Part shown: positions 12,480 through 21,120 of the stretch, one piece after another
How the letters are laid out: every line of letters begins with the position of its first letter
Position numbering within the stretch: the stretch's first letter is position 1
Assembly: GCA_963761515.1 (NCBI GenBank)
Contig: CAVXHO010000035.1
Location: 1-31,196, forward strand
DNA from: an uncultured Actinomycetota bacterium
GTDB lineage: Bacteria > Actinomycetota > Actinomycetes > Propionibacteriales > Nocardioidaceae
Direction of reading: 5' to 3'
DNA length: 31,196 bases
The notes under the pieces: generated by a model
Databases searched by the model: none
Seen by the model: the letters and a program-made list of their open reading frames with translations, nothing else
What the model was told of the DNA's origin: nothing
Position numbers and translations under genes: made by a program

Positions 12480-14671
12480 ACGTCCTCGGCGTGGCCAGTG
12501 ACACGCAGCGCGGCGGCCACGACGTCGTCCTCGGACAGCAGGACCGTCGCTGCGGCAGGTCCCAGTGGGACGAACGTGTCCGCGCTGGCGACCCGCGCCA
12601 GGCGTCCGGCGTACCCGCCCTCCACCAGGCCGGTCACGACGCCCTCCGCCACCCCACCGCTCTTCCGGGTCTCGTCCACGACGAGGACCGCGGGGAACCC
12701 GACGGCGAGGTCGTTCACGGTCTGGAGCGGGAGCGGCGCGAGCCACCGGAGGTCGACGACCGTGCTCGCCACCCCCGCGTCGGCCAGCCTGACCTGCGCG
12801 CGGAGGCTCATCGGGACCCCGTTGCCGAAGGTCACCAGCAGCAGGTCGCGTCCGTCCCCGTAGCTGGCGACCTGACCCAACGGCACCGACGAGGCGTGCC
12901 CGTCGGCTGCGCTGAAGGGGGCGCTCCAGCCTGCGTCGGCGTCCTCGAGCAGGTCGCGCGAGTGGTACAGCGCGATGGGTTCGAGGACGACGCAGACGTG
13001 GCCCGCCCGGGCCAGGGCGACGCACGTGCGCAGCATCCCGGGCGCGTCAGCGGGATGGCTCGGCACCGCGAGCACGAGGCCGGGGATGTCGCGCAGGACG
13101 GCCACCGAGTTGTCGTTGTGGAAGTGACCTCCGAAGCCGCGTTGGTAGGCCAGGCCTGCGACCCGCACGACCATGCCGTTGCGGTACCGGCCGTTGGAGA
13201 AGAAGGGCAGCGACGCCGCCTCGCCGCGGAGCTGGTCCTCGGCGTTGTGGAGGTACGCGAGGTACTGGATCTCGGGCACGGGCACGAAGCCGGCCAGTGC
13301 CGATCCCAGCGCGAGCCCGAGGATGGTCTGCTCGTCCAGGAGGGTGTCGAACACCCGGTGGCCGCCGAAACGACTGCGCAGGCCGCGCGTCACGCCGTAC
13401 ACCCCGCCCTTGGCCGCCACGTCTTCGCCGAAGACGAGCAGCTCGGGATGGGCGTCCATCTGTTCGGTCAGCGTCTTGTTGATCGCCTGGGCCAGCGTGA
13501 GGGAGGAGCCGGACCCGGGCGGCCCTCCCCTGGCCCCGTCCGGGAAGGCCGCGACGGGACCAGGTCCGTCGCCGGGTGGCGTCCCCGGAAGAGCGAGTGG
13601 CGCCATCACCTCGTCGGCGCTGCACAGATGAGGCTCGTCCAGGACGCGCTCGGCCTCGCCCATCACGTGGTCACGGACCTCCTCGTACCACTCGAGGAGC
13701 TGGTCGGCCGTGGCGTGACCCCCCGCGAGCAGGCACCGTGCCGTGCCGAGCAGCGGGTCCCTCTCGTAGTCCTGCACGATCTCGCGACGGCTCCGGTAGG
13801 CAGCCTCGACGTCCGAGCCCGCGTGCCCCATGAGGCGAACGGCGTCGAGGTGCATCACGGCCGGGTGGCGGGTCTCCCTGACCAGAGCGACCGCCCGGGT
13901 CGTCTGCTCGAGCAGGCTCGAGGGGTCGGCACCGTCCGCGCGCAGGTAGGTGATGCCCGGCAGGCTCTGGAGCGCGGCCCCGGGCCAGCCTCGAGGAGAG
14001 GGCGTGCTGATCCCGATCCGGTTGTCCTCACAGACGAGCAGCACGGGACACGCCAGCCCTCGGTGGGCGAGGTACGACGCCGAGTTCAGCGCCCCGGTCA
14101 CGGTCGAGTGGTTGACCGAGGCGTCACCGAAGCTGCAGACGACGATCGCGTCGTCCGGCCATGGCGTCGAGCGGTCGAGGGTGCGGGCCAGGTCCAGCGA
14201 GTAGGCCAGGCCGACCGCGCGCGGCAGGTGGGAGCCGATGGTGGAGGTCTGCGGGACGATGTGGAGGTCCGGGTGCCCGAACACCTTGTGTCGCCCTCCC
14301 GACATCGGGTCGCGCGAGGAGCAGGTCAGGCTCAGCAGGACGTCGCGCACAGAGCCGGTCCGCCCTGCGCGAGCGGCCCTCGCGGCGTAGAAGCCACCCG
14401 ACCGGTAGTGCAGCAGCGCAGGGTCGTCGGGCCGTGTCACGAGACCCAGCGCGGCATTGCTCTCGTGCCCGGCCGAGCCGATCGTGTAGTAGCCCTTGCC
14501 CTCGGACTGCAGCCATCGGGCCGCGAAGTCCACGTGGCGACTCTCCAGCTGGGCGGCGAACAGCGCCCGGAGGGCCTCCGCGCCGACCGACGTGTCGGAT
14601 GCGTCCGCGCGCTGCGGCTCGCCACGCCACTCCCGGATGGCGTGCGAGAAGTACTCGTCCACCGCCTCCAT
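12476..14671 (-). CDS. TPP-dependent 2-oxoacid dehydrogenase E1 component, fused alpha/beta subunits
   Basis: 731 aa. The N-terminal half looks like a dehydrogenase E1 alpha (TPP-binding). The C-terminal half looks like an E1 beta / transketolase C-terminal domain. Confidence 0.75.
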   Translation of the reverse strand: MEAVDEYFSHAIREWRGEPQRADASDTSVGAEALRALFAAQLESRHVDFAARWLQSEGKGYYTIGSAGHESNAALGLVTRPDDPALLHYRSGGFYAARAARAGRTGSVRDVLLSLTCSSRDPMSGGRHKVFGHPDLHIVPQTSTIGSHLPRAVGLAYSLDLARTLDRSTPWPDDAIVVCSFGDASVNHSTVTGALNSASYLAHRGLACPVLLVCEDNRIGISTPSPRGWPGAALQSLPGITYLRADGADPSSLLEQTTRAVALVRETRHPAVMHLDAVRLMGHAGSDVEAAYRSRREIVQDYERDPLLGTARCLLAGGHATADQLLEWYEEVRDHVMGEAERVLDEPHLCSADEVMAPLALPGTPPGDGPGPVAAFPDGARGGPPGSGSSLTLAQAINKTLTEQMDAHPELLVFGEDVAAKGGVYGVTRGLRSRFGGHRVFDTLLDEQTILGLALGSALAGFVPVPEIQYLAYLHNAEDQLRGEAASLPFFSNGRYRNGMVVRVAGLAYQRGFGGHFHNDNSVAVLRDIPGLVLAVPSHPADAPGMLRTCVALARAGHVCVVLEPIALYHSRDLLEDADAGWSAPFSAADGHASSVPLGQVASYGDGRDLLLVTFGNGVPMSLRAQVRLADAGVASTVVDLRWLAPLPLQTVNDLAVGFPAVLVVDETRKSGGVAEGVVTGLVEGGYAGRLARVASADTFVPLGPAAATVLLSEDDVVAAALRVTGHAEDV

Positions 14672-14682
14672 CGAGCAGCCGT

Positions 14683-16017
14683 CTAGACCTGGTCGAGGAA
14701 CCGGTCGAAGACCCGCGCGCCGAACTCCAGCGCATCCACCGGCACCCGCTCGTCGATGCCGTGGAACAGCGCGGTGAAGTCGAGGTCGGCCGGGAGCCGG
14801 AGCGGGGTGAAGCCGTAGCTGCGCAGACCCAGCTTGTTGAAGTGCTTGGCGTCCGTGCCGCCGCTCATCAGGTACGGCGCCACCCGTGCGTCGGGGTCCT
14901 CGGCGAGGAGGCTCCGGGTCATCGCCTCGACGAGGTCGCCGTCGTACGGCGTCTCCCAGGGCTGCTGGTGGGAGATGAAGGATCGCTCGACGCCCTCACC
15001 GCACAGCGCCGCGATCGTGTCGAAGAACTCGTCCTCGTAGCCCGGCAGGAAACGCCCGTCGACGTGGCCGGTCGCCTCGGTCGGGATCACGTTCACCTTG
15101 TAGCCGGCGCCGAGCATCGTCGGGTTCGCGGTGTTGCGGATCACCGCACCCATCATCCGGGCCGCTCCGCCGAACTCCTCGATCAGCGACTCGGCGTTCT
15201 CGGGCGTCGCCTCGGTGCCGGCCATCTCGGCGACCGCGGCGAGCAGGGTCTGCATCGTCGGCGTCAGCCGCACCGGCCACTCGTGGGCGCCGATCCGCGC
15301 CACCGCGGCCGACAGCCGGCTGACGGCGTTGTCGTCGTTGATCATCGAGCCGTGCCCGGCGCGGCCGCGAGCGGTCAGCTTCATCCAGGCCATGCCCTTC
15401 TCGGCCGCCTCGATCAGGTACAGCCGCTGGCCGCGGATCGTCGTACTGAAGCCGCCCACCTCGCCGACGGCCTCGGTGCAGTGCGCGAGATGCTCGCGGT
15501 GGTCCTCGACCAGCACCTGCGCGCCGTGGTGGCCGCCTGCCTCCTCGTCGGCGGTGAAGCACAGCACGATCGGCCGTTCGGGCACCGCACCCGCACGGGT
15601 CCGCGCCCGCACCACCGAGAGCAGCATCGCGTCGAAGTCCTTCATGTCGACCGCCCCGCGCCCCCAGACGTAACCGTCCTGGATCTCCCCCGAGAACGGG
15701 TCGACCTGCCAGTCCTCGGCCGCGGCCGGTACGACGTCGAGGTGTCCGTGCAGCAGGAGGGCGCCCTCCCCGCCGGGGCTGCCGCCCCACTGGGCCACCA
15801 GGGACGTGCGGCCGCTGTCGAGCTCGAACAGCTCGCTCGAGATGCCGACCTCGTCCAGGAGCGCGGCCACGTGCTCCGCGGCCTTCCGCTCCCCCGGTCC
15901 GGACTCGTCCCCGTAGTTCGTGGTGTCGATCCGGATCAGGTCGCGACACAGGTCGACGACCTCGGCGGTCGGGTCGTAGGAAGGGGTGTACGACGACTGT
16001 TCGGTGTCGTGGGACAT
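14683..16017 (-). CDS. M20-family metallopeptidase/dipeptidase (Rv2141c-like)
   Basis: Has the HGHLDVV and DMKD metal-binding motifs. ATG at 16017 (MSHDTEQ...). The longer ORF to 16185 is an artefact that reads through the antisense of the tRNA. Confidence 0.85.
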   Translation of the reverse strand: MSHDTEQSSYTPSYDPTAEVVDLCRDLIRIDTTNYGDESGPGERKAAEHVAALLDEVGISSELFELDSGRTSLVAQWGGSPGGEGALLLHGHLDVVPAAAEDWQVDPFSGEIQDGYVWGRGAVDMKDFDAMLLSVVRARTRAGAVPERPIVLCFTADEEAGGHHGAQVLVEDHREHLAHCTEAVGEVGGFSTTIRGQRLYLIEAAEKGMAWMKLTARGRAGHGSMINDDNAVSRLSAAVARIGAHEWPVRLTPTMQTLLAAVAEMAGTEATPENAESLIEEFGGAARMMGAVIRNTANPTMLGAGYKVNVIPTEATGHVDGRFLPGYEDEFFDTIAALCGEGVERSFISHQQPWETPYDGDLVEAMTRSLLAEDPDARVAPYLMSGGTDAKHFNKLGLRSYGFTPLRLPADLDFTALFHGIDERVPVDALEFGARVFDRFLDQV

Positions 16018-16096
16018 GCCCCCATCCTGACACTCCGTGGGCCGACTCCCGATGTGAGGAATGGGCTCGTCGGTTGCTAGAGTTCCCTCCGCACTC

Positions 16097-16182
16097 GTCC
16101 GGGTGGCGGAATTGGCAGACGCGCTAGCTTGAGGTGCTAGTGCCCGTATTAGGGCGTGGGGGTTCAAGTCCCCCCTCGGACA
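16097..16182 (+). tRNA. tRNA-Leu (anticodon GAG), type II with a long variable arm
   Basis: Acceptor stem GTCCGGG/CTCGGAC. Anticodon arm CTAGC-TTGAGGT-GCTAG, with the anticodon at 16131-16133. T-arm GGGGG-TTCAAGT-CCCCC. Discriminator A. CCA is not encoded. Confidence 0.9.
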
Positions 16183-16185
16183 CAC

Positions 16186-16635
16186 TTATCGGGTCGATCG
16201 CTCCGGATCCGGGGCGATCACCGGTCGCCGGGCGGCCGACATCTCCGCTCGGCGCCGGATCTCGCGCAGCATCCTCTGCGTCGCGACCTGGTGGGCGTGG
16301 GTGCGCATGAGCAGGGCGTGGTAGAGCCGGCCCCTCAGGCCGGGGAACCGGGCGAACGTGTCGGCCGTGACCCGCGCTCCGGGCCCCTCAGGCGCGACGC
16401 GGAACACCAGGCGGTACGTCGCGAACCGGTGTCGGCCGGCCAGGGTGAGCTGGCGGTGGGGCCTCGTGTCGATGATCGTGAAGCCACTCTCGGGCACGGT
16501 CCCGAGCAGCCGGGAGAGCACCCCGTGGCCCGTCCTGCTGAGCGCCGTCGCATAGCCGACGACCGCGGGCCAGGTCTCGTCCTCACCCGCCCGGACCATC
16601 AGCCCGTGCTCGTCCACGAACGGCAACGTGGTCAT
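16186..16635 (-). CDS. SRPBCC (polyketide cyclase/START-like) family protein
   Basis: 149 aa. Its start ATG overlaps the stop of the upstream cytochrome b gene (ATGA at 16632-16635). Confidence 0.45.
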   Translation of the reverse strand: MTTLPFVDEHGLMVRAGEDETWPAVVGYATALSRTGHGVLSRLLGTVPESGFTIIDTRPHRQLTLAGRHRFATYRLVFRVAPEGPGARVTADTFARFPGLRGRLYHALLMRTHAHQVATQRMLREIRRRAEMSAARRPVIAPDPERSTR

Positions 16636-18272
16636 GAGCCCACTCTGCCTCGCCCGGTCAAGGCGGAACGCTCGGTGGTGTCGGACGACGCGTCATCGAG
16701 CTCCCCTCGGGTGGGGGTCGGGACCCGATCGGCGTACAGGGCTCGCGAGAGGCGGCCGCGGATCCGCATCCGCCACCGCCCCCGCCGTAGCACCCCCCGG
16801 TCGGTCTCCGGCTCCGGCGCCACCACCTCGGGGAGATCTCGGGCGGTCAGCCGGTAGGCCCGCCCGACCTCGAGCGGCGCGTGCCGTTCGGTGTAGCCGC
16901 CCTCGGGCGACCGTACGACGACGCCGGTCTCGCGGCCGTGCAGCAACCGGTCCCGGTCCGCCCGCTGGAGCCCCAGGCACCAGGCGCGGGCCACCAGGAA
17001 CACGACCACCGGTACGACGAGCACCGCCGCCCGCATCACGTAGGTGATCTGGTTCAGGCTCAGGTGGAGCCGGGTGGCCAGGATGTCGTTGCCGCCTGCC
17101 AACCAGAGGAGCCCGTAGACGCAGACCATCGCGGCCAGGAAGGCCGTTCGCGTCGGCGCGTCACGCGGACGCTGGAGCAGATGGTGCTCGCGGCGGTCGC
17201 CCGTCACCCACGCCTCGAGGAACGGCCATCCGACGATCAGCCCGAACAGCACGAACGGCAGCACCTGGCCCGGCAGGAGCACGTTCCACGAGACCGTGTG
17301 CCCGGCCACGTGGGTCTCCCAGCCGGGCATGATCCGGAGCAGACCCTCGGCGATCGCCAGGTACCAGTCCGGCTGCGATCCGGCCGTCACCTTGGACGGG
17401 TCGTAGGGGCCGTACTTCCAGACCGGGTTGATCGAGAGCAACGCGCCCATCAGCGCCGTCACCCCGAACACCATGCAGAAGAAGCCGGTCGTCTTCGCGA
17501 CGTAGACCGGCAGCAGCGGATAGCCCACGACGTTCTTCTCGGTGCGACCCGGGCCGGGCCACTGGGTGTGCTTCTGGACGAAGACGAGGGTCACGTGCAA
17601 CGCGACCAAAGCCAGCAGGATCCCGGGCAGGAAGAGCACGTGCAGGACGTAGAAGCGAGGGATCACCGAGTCGCCGGGGAACTCGCCGCCGAAGAGCAGG
17701 AACGACAGGTAGGTGCCGACCACGGGGGTGGCCTTGATCAGGCCGTCGGCGATCCTCAGACCGGTGCCCGACAGCAGGTCGTCCGGGAGGGAGTAGCCGA
17801 GGAACCCCTCCAGGATCCCCACCAGGAGCATGGTCGCCCCGATCAGCCAGCTCACCTCGCGCGGCTTCCGGAAGGCGCCGGTGACGAAGACCCGCATCAT
17901 GTGCACGAACATCGCGGCGATGAAGATCATCGCGGCCCAGTGATGCATCTGCCGGATCAGCAGACCACCCCTGACGTCGAACGTGAGGTGCAGCGTCGAG
18001 GCGTAGGCGTCCGACATCGGCACGCCGCGCAGCTGGGCGTACGAGCCCTGGTACGTCGACTCCGACATGCTCGGGTTGAACCAGAAGGTCAGGAAGGTGC
18101 CCGTGACCAGCAGCACCACGAACGACCAGAGCGCGATCTCCCCGAGCATGAACGACCAGTGCTCGGGGAACACCTTGCGCAGGTAGCCCCGGCTGAGCCG
18201 GGCCAGGCTCAGCCGGTCATCGGCCCACTCCGCGGCGCGGGCGACGCCGCGACCACGCGTCCCTGTGCTCAT
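16632..18272 (-). CDS. qcrB: Cytochrome b of the bc1 (menaquinol-cytochrome c reductase) complex, QcrB family, stand-alone copy
   Basis: 546 aa. N-terminus MSTGTRGRGVARAAEWADDRLSLARLSRGYLRKVFPEHWSFMLGEIALWSF and the heme-ligand His regions (RQMHHWAA, FYVLHVLFLPG) match actinobacterial QcrB. GGAGGAG lies 5 nt before the ATG at 18272. No Rieske or cytochrome c1 gene is adjacent. Confidence 0.88.
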   Translation of the reverse strand: MSTGTRGRGVARAAEWADDRLSLARLSRGYLRKVFPEHWSFMLGEIALWSFVVLLVTGTFLTFWFNPSMSESTYQGSYAQLRGVPMSDAYASTLHLTFDVRGGLLIRQMHHWAAMIFIAAMFVHMMRVFVTGAFRKPREVSWLIGATMLLVGILEGFLGYSLPDDLLSGTGLRIADGLIKATPVVGTYLSFLLFGGEFPGDSVIPRFYVLHVLFLPGILLALVALHVTLVFVQKHTQWPGPGRTEKNVVGYPLLPVYVAKTTGFFCMVFGVTALMGALLSINPVWKYGPYDPSKVTAGSQPDWYLAIAEGLLRIMPGWETHVAGHTVSWNVLLPGQVLPFVLFGLIVGWPFLEAWVTGDRREHHLLQRPRDAPTRTAFLAAMVCVYGLLWLAGGNDILATRLHLSLNQITYVMRAAVLVVPVVVFLVARAWCLGLQRADRDRLLHGRETGVVVRSPEGGYTERHAPLEVGRAYRLTARDLPEVVAPEPETDRGVLRRGRWRMRIRGRLSRALYADRVPTPTRGELDDASSDTTERSALTGRGRVGS

Positions 18273-18454
18273 GTGCTCCTCCCCGGTCGGGCGCGGCGAG
18301 TTCACCGGCCCGAGAGTGAAGACACCGCCGGCCGTCCGGTTGTGACATCGCGCCCGCCGGGCCCTCTCGAGCCGGCGGCGGATGCGACCGAGATCCCGGA
18401 GGACCAGCTCCTGGCCGCGTGGCGCGAGGAGCTGGATCGCTGAAGCTGGCGGGG

Positions 18455-19423
18455 TCAGGCCTCGCCGCGGTCGGGGGTGGGGTCGAGGAAGACGTAGCGC
18501 ACCTCCGGGAACCGGCCCCTGATGCGCTCCTCGACGTCGTCGGCCGCATGCTCGAGCTCCTCCGGCGAGAGATGGTCGGCCAGGTCGACCCGCGCCGCCA
18601 CCAGCACCTGGTCGGGCGACAACCGCATGGTCAGCAGCTCGAGCACCGAGTCGACCCCTTCGGTCGATGCGATCAGCCGGCTGATGTTCTCGCGGAGCGG
18701 CTGCGGTGCGGCCTTGCCGATGAGGTACTGCTGGTTCTGCCGACCAAGCCCGTAGGCGGCGACGACCAGGAGCGCGGCGATGGCCAGCGATGCCAGGCCG
18801 TCGTACGTGCGGCCGCCGGTGGCGGCGTCCAGTGCCAGCGCGCCGGCGGCGAGCAGGAGCCCGACGAGGGCGACCCCGTCCTCCCACACCACGGCACGCA
18901 GTGCCGGGTCTGCCTCGTGCCTGAGGTGACTGATCATGCCGACGCCGGCCCCGCGGGCGGTGCCGCGCAGCTGCCAGACCGCCCGCAGGAACGACGTGCC
19001 CTCGAAGACGAACGAGAACCCGAGCACCACGAAGGGCCAGGTCGGGGAGCCCGGCGGCTCCGAGCTGGTGAGGGCCTTGACCCCCTGGTACGCCGAGAAC
19101 CCGGCCCCGAGCACGAAGATGCCGACGGCGGCCAGGAAGGACCAGAAGTAGCGCTCCATCCCGTAGCCGAACGGGTGCTCCTCGTCCGGCTCCTTGCGGC
19201 TGCGATGAAGAGCCGCCATCAGGAACCCTTGGTTCACGGTGTCGCCGATCGAGTGCGCTGCCTCGGACAGCATCGCCGCCGACCCGGAGGCGAGCCCCGC
19301 CGCGAGCTTGGCGACGGCGATCAGCAGGTTCGCCGCGCCGGCGACCAGCACAGTCGGGGTGGACTCGTCCTCGGCCATGCCCACGTCGTACCCGATCACG
19401 GCCAGGGCACCGCTCTGTGGCAT
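18455..19423 (-). CDS. Cation diffusion facilitator (CDF) family metal efflux transporter
   Basis: Has six transmembrane helices and the HSIGD and H-x-x-x-D motifs in TM2/TM5. An alternative ATG start at 19378 gives MAEDEST. Confidence 0.82.
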   Translation of the reverse strand: MPQSGALAVIGYDVGMAEDESTPTVLVAGAANLLIAVAKLAAGLASGSAAMLSEAAHSIGDTVNQGFLMAALHRSRKEPDEEHPFGYGMERYFWSFLAAVGIFVLGAGFSAYQGVKALTSSEPPGSPTWPFVVLGFSFVFEGTSFLRAVWQLRGTARGAGVGMISHLRHEADPALRAVVWEDGVALVGLLLAAGALALDAATGGRTYDGLASLAIAALLVVAAYGLGRQNQQYLIGKAAPQPLRENISRLIASTEGVDSVLELLTMRLSPDQVLVAARVDLADHLSPEELEHAADDVEERIRGRFPEVRYVFLDPTPDRGEA

Positions 19424-19441
19424 GCCGGTGGCCGGGGCTGC

Positions 19442-20182
19442 TCAGCGTTCGGAGGCACCGAGTCCTTGGGCGATGCCCCAGAGGACCGCCTGGGAGCGGG
19501 TCGCCGCGCCGATCTTGCGGTACGACGAGCGGACGTAGGACTTGACCGAGTTGATGCTGACGGTGAGCGCCGCCGCGATCTCCGCATTGCTGTAGCCGGC
19601 CGCAATGAGGTCGAGCACATCCGCCTCTCGCGGCGTCAGTCCGGCTTCCTCCCGGGACCACCGGACCTGGACGTCTGCCGGGTCCGCCGGTTGCGCCGGC
19701 CCACTGACGACGGGATCTCCCCGACCGACCCGCTCGATCGCCTCGACGAGCTGCCGTGCGGGCAGCGACTTCGCGATGTAGCCGCGGTAGCCGTGCTGCA
19801 GGGCCGCGGTCACGAGATCGGCCCTGGTCTCCCACGAGTAAGCGGCGACCCTCGAGCCCCCTGCGGTCGGGGGCGCGGGGAGCGCGCGCACGACGCCTTC
19901 ATGGACGCCACTGGGGTAGCAGTCGAAGAGGATGACGTCCGGGGACGTGGGGCTGCTCGACGAGGCGCTGGTCCCCGCTCCGGCATGGTGGATCCGCACC
20001 CGGGCGGCATACGGCGCGAGCATCTGCTGGAGCCCTCGGGCCACGAGCTCGCAGTCACCGAGCAAGGCGACCGTGAGTGCAGTGGGGCGCGCCGAGGGCA
20101 CCGAAGGTCTGTCGCCGCGGGAGGCTGCGGGCAGCGCGTCTCCCGCGCACCCCGCATCGGGGCGCACAACGAGCCGAGTCAT
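19442..20182 (-). CDS. LuxR-family transcriptional regulator with an atypical receiver-like N-domain
   Basis: C-terminal LuxR helix-turn-helix (LTPREADVLDLIAAGYSNAEIAAALTVSINSVKSYV). The REC-like domain has GD in place of the DD acidic pair but keeps the ILFD phospho-site analogue. ATG at 20182 with an AGGA. Confidence 0.78.
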   Translation of the reverse strand: MTRLVVRPDAGCAGDALPAASRGDRPSVPSARPTALTVALLGDCELVARGLQQMLAPYAARVRIHHAGAGTSASSSSPTSPDVILFDCYPSGVHEGVVRALPAPPTAGGSRVAAYSWETRADLVTAALQHGYRGYIAKSLPARQLVEAIERVGRGDPVVSGPAQPADPADVQVRWSREEAGLTPREADVLDLIAAGYSNAEIAAALTVSINSVKSYVRSSYRKIGAATRSQAVLWGIAQGLGASER

Positions 20183-20334
20183 CCGGGGTCCTGGGTTGAC
20201 TAGTCGTGGTACCGCTGCTCGTGATCAAGCAGCAACTTCGCATCTCAGGTGACGACGAGGTGCTCTCACACGTTACTCGCCGACCCGCGAACGGTTCTGA
20301 AATCGCGCTCGCGAAAGTACTCTGAGCATCGTCA
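20183..20334. promoter_or_regulatory. Divergent intergenic region between the LuxR regulator and the first GAF-ANTAR gene, relatively AT-rich
   Basis: A local GC drop (ttctgaaatcgcgctcgcgaaagtactctgagcatcg) between divergently transcribed regulators. No specific operator could be assigned. Confidence 0.3.
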
Positions 20335-21081
20335 GTGCAGCATCCGGGGGCGTCGCTCGCGACCGGGGAGGGAGTGTCGTTGGAACCGCTTCCGGAGACC
20401 GAAGAGGCTCTCGACGAGTACCTCGAGGAAGACGACTCCGACCTGCGAGCCGTGCTCATGGAGCTGGGGCGGCGCGCCGTCGAGCTGGTGCCCTCGTGTG
20501 TCGGCCTGAGCCTGGGCATGGTGAAGGACGGCCTGACCTTCACGCTGGTGGCCACCAGCGAGCAGGTGGCGACCATCGACGCGGCGCAGTATCTCGACGG
20601 CGGACCGTGCGTGGACGTGGCCACCGGCTCCGACGTTCTCGACGTGGACATCCCCGACCTGCTCGACGAGGGGAGGTGGTCGGCGTTCGCGATGACGAGC
20701 GCGGCTCATGGAGTGCGGACCACCTTGTCCCTTCCCATCGTCCGCGACGGTCAGCTGGTCGGAGGCGTCAACCTGTACGCCGCGGAGCTCCACGCTTTCG
20801 ACGGCAAGCACGAGGCGCTGGCGATGGCTCTGGGAGCCTCCGCGGAAGGAGCGGTGGCCGACGCAGACCTGGAGTTCACCTCGCGCGCTCGCGCGGTCGC
20901 CACACCCGCAACCATGGCAGACCTGCGCACCATCGACATGGCCGTCGGCATCCTCGCCGCGCGAGACCGCACGGACGTCGACACCGCCAGGGCACAGCTC
21001 CAGGACTCGGCCACGCGAGCAGGAGTGACTCTCGTACAGGCTGCCAGCGTCGTCGGCTACCTGCGGGAGAAGCGCCGTTGA
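20335..21081 (+). CDS. GAF domain plus ANTAR (RNA-binding antiterminator) domain regulator
   Basis: N-terminal GAF-like region. C-terminal ANTAR motif LRTIDMAVGILAARDRTDVDTARAQLQDSATRAGVTLVQAA. GTG at 20335. An alternative TTG at 20380 lies behind a GGGAGGGAG. Confidence 0.72.
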   Translation: MQHPGASLATGEGVSLEPLPETEEALDEYLEEDDSDLRAVLMELGRRAVELVPSCVGLSLGMVKDGLTFTLVATSEQVATIDAAQYLDGGPCVDVATGSDVLDVDIPDLLDEGRWSAFAMTSAAHGVRTTLSLPIVRDGQLVGGVNLYAAELHAFDGKHEALAMALGASAEGAVADADLEFTSRARAVATPATMADLRTIDMAVGILAARDRTDVDTARAQLQDSATRAGVTLVQAASVVGYLREKRR

Positions 21082-21120
21082 TCCGGAGACCCGGGGAGCC
21101 GATCTGACCATGCTGCCGGA

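Noticed and set aside
16018-16185. N-terminal 56-codon extension of the M20 peptidase ORF (MCPRGDLNPHALIRA...)
   Set aside because: The extension is the antisense translation of the tRNA-Leu gene. CPRGDLNPH corresponds to the T-arm GGTTCAAGTCCCCC. The real start is the ATG at 16017.
18273-18454. TGTGA...TGTGACA-like partial palindrome (gtgaagacaccgccggccgtccggttgtgacat) upstream of qcrB as a candidate CRP/FNR-type operator
   Set aside because: It does not fit the 16-bp TGTGA-N6-TCACA spacing or symmetry. Without a motif scan it is indistinguishable from chance in GC-rich intergenic DNA.
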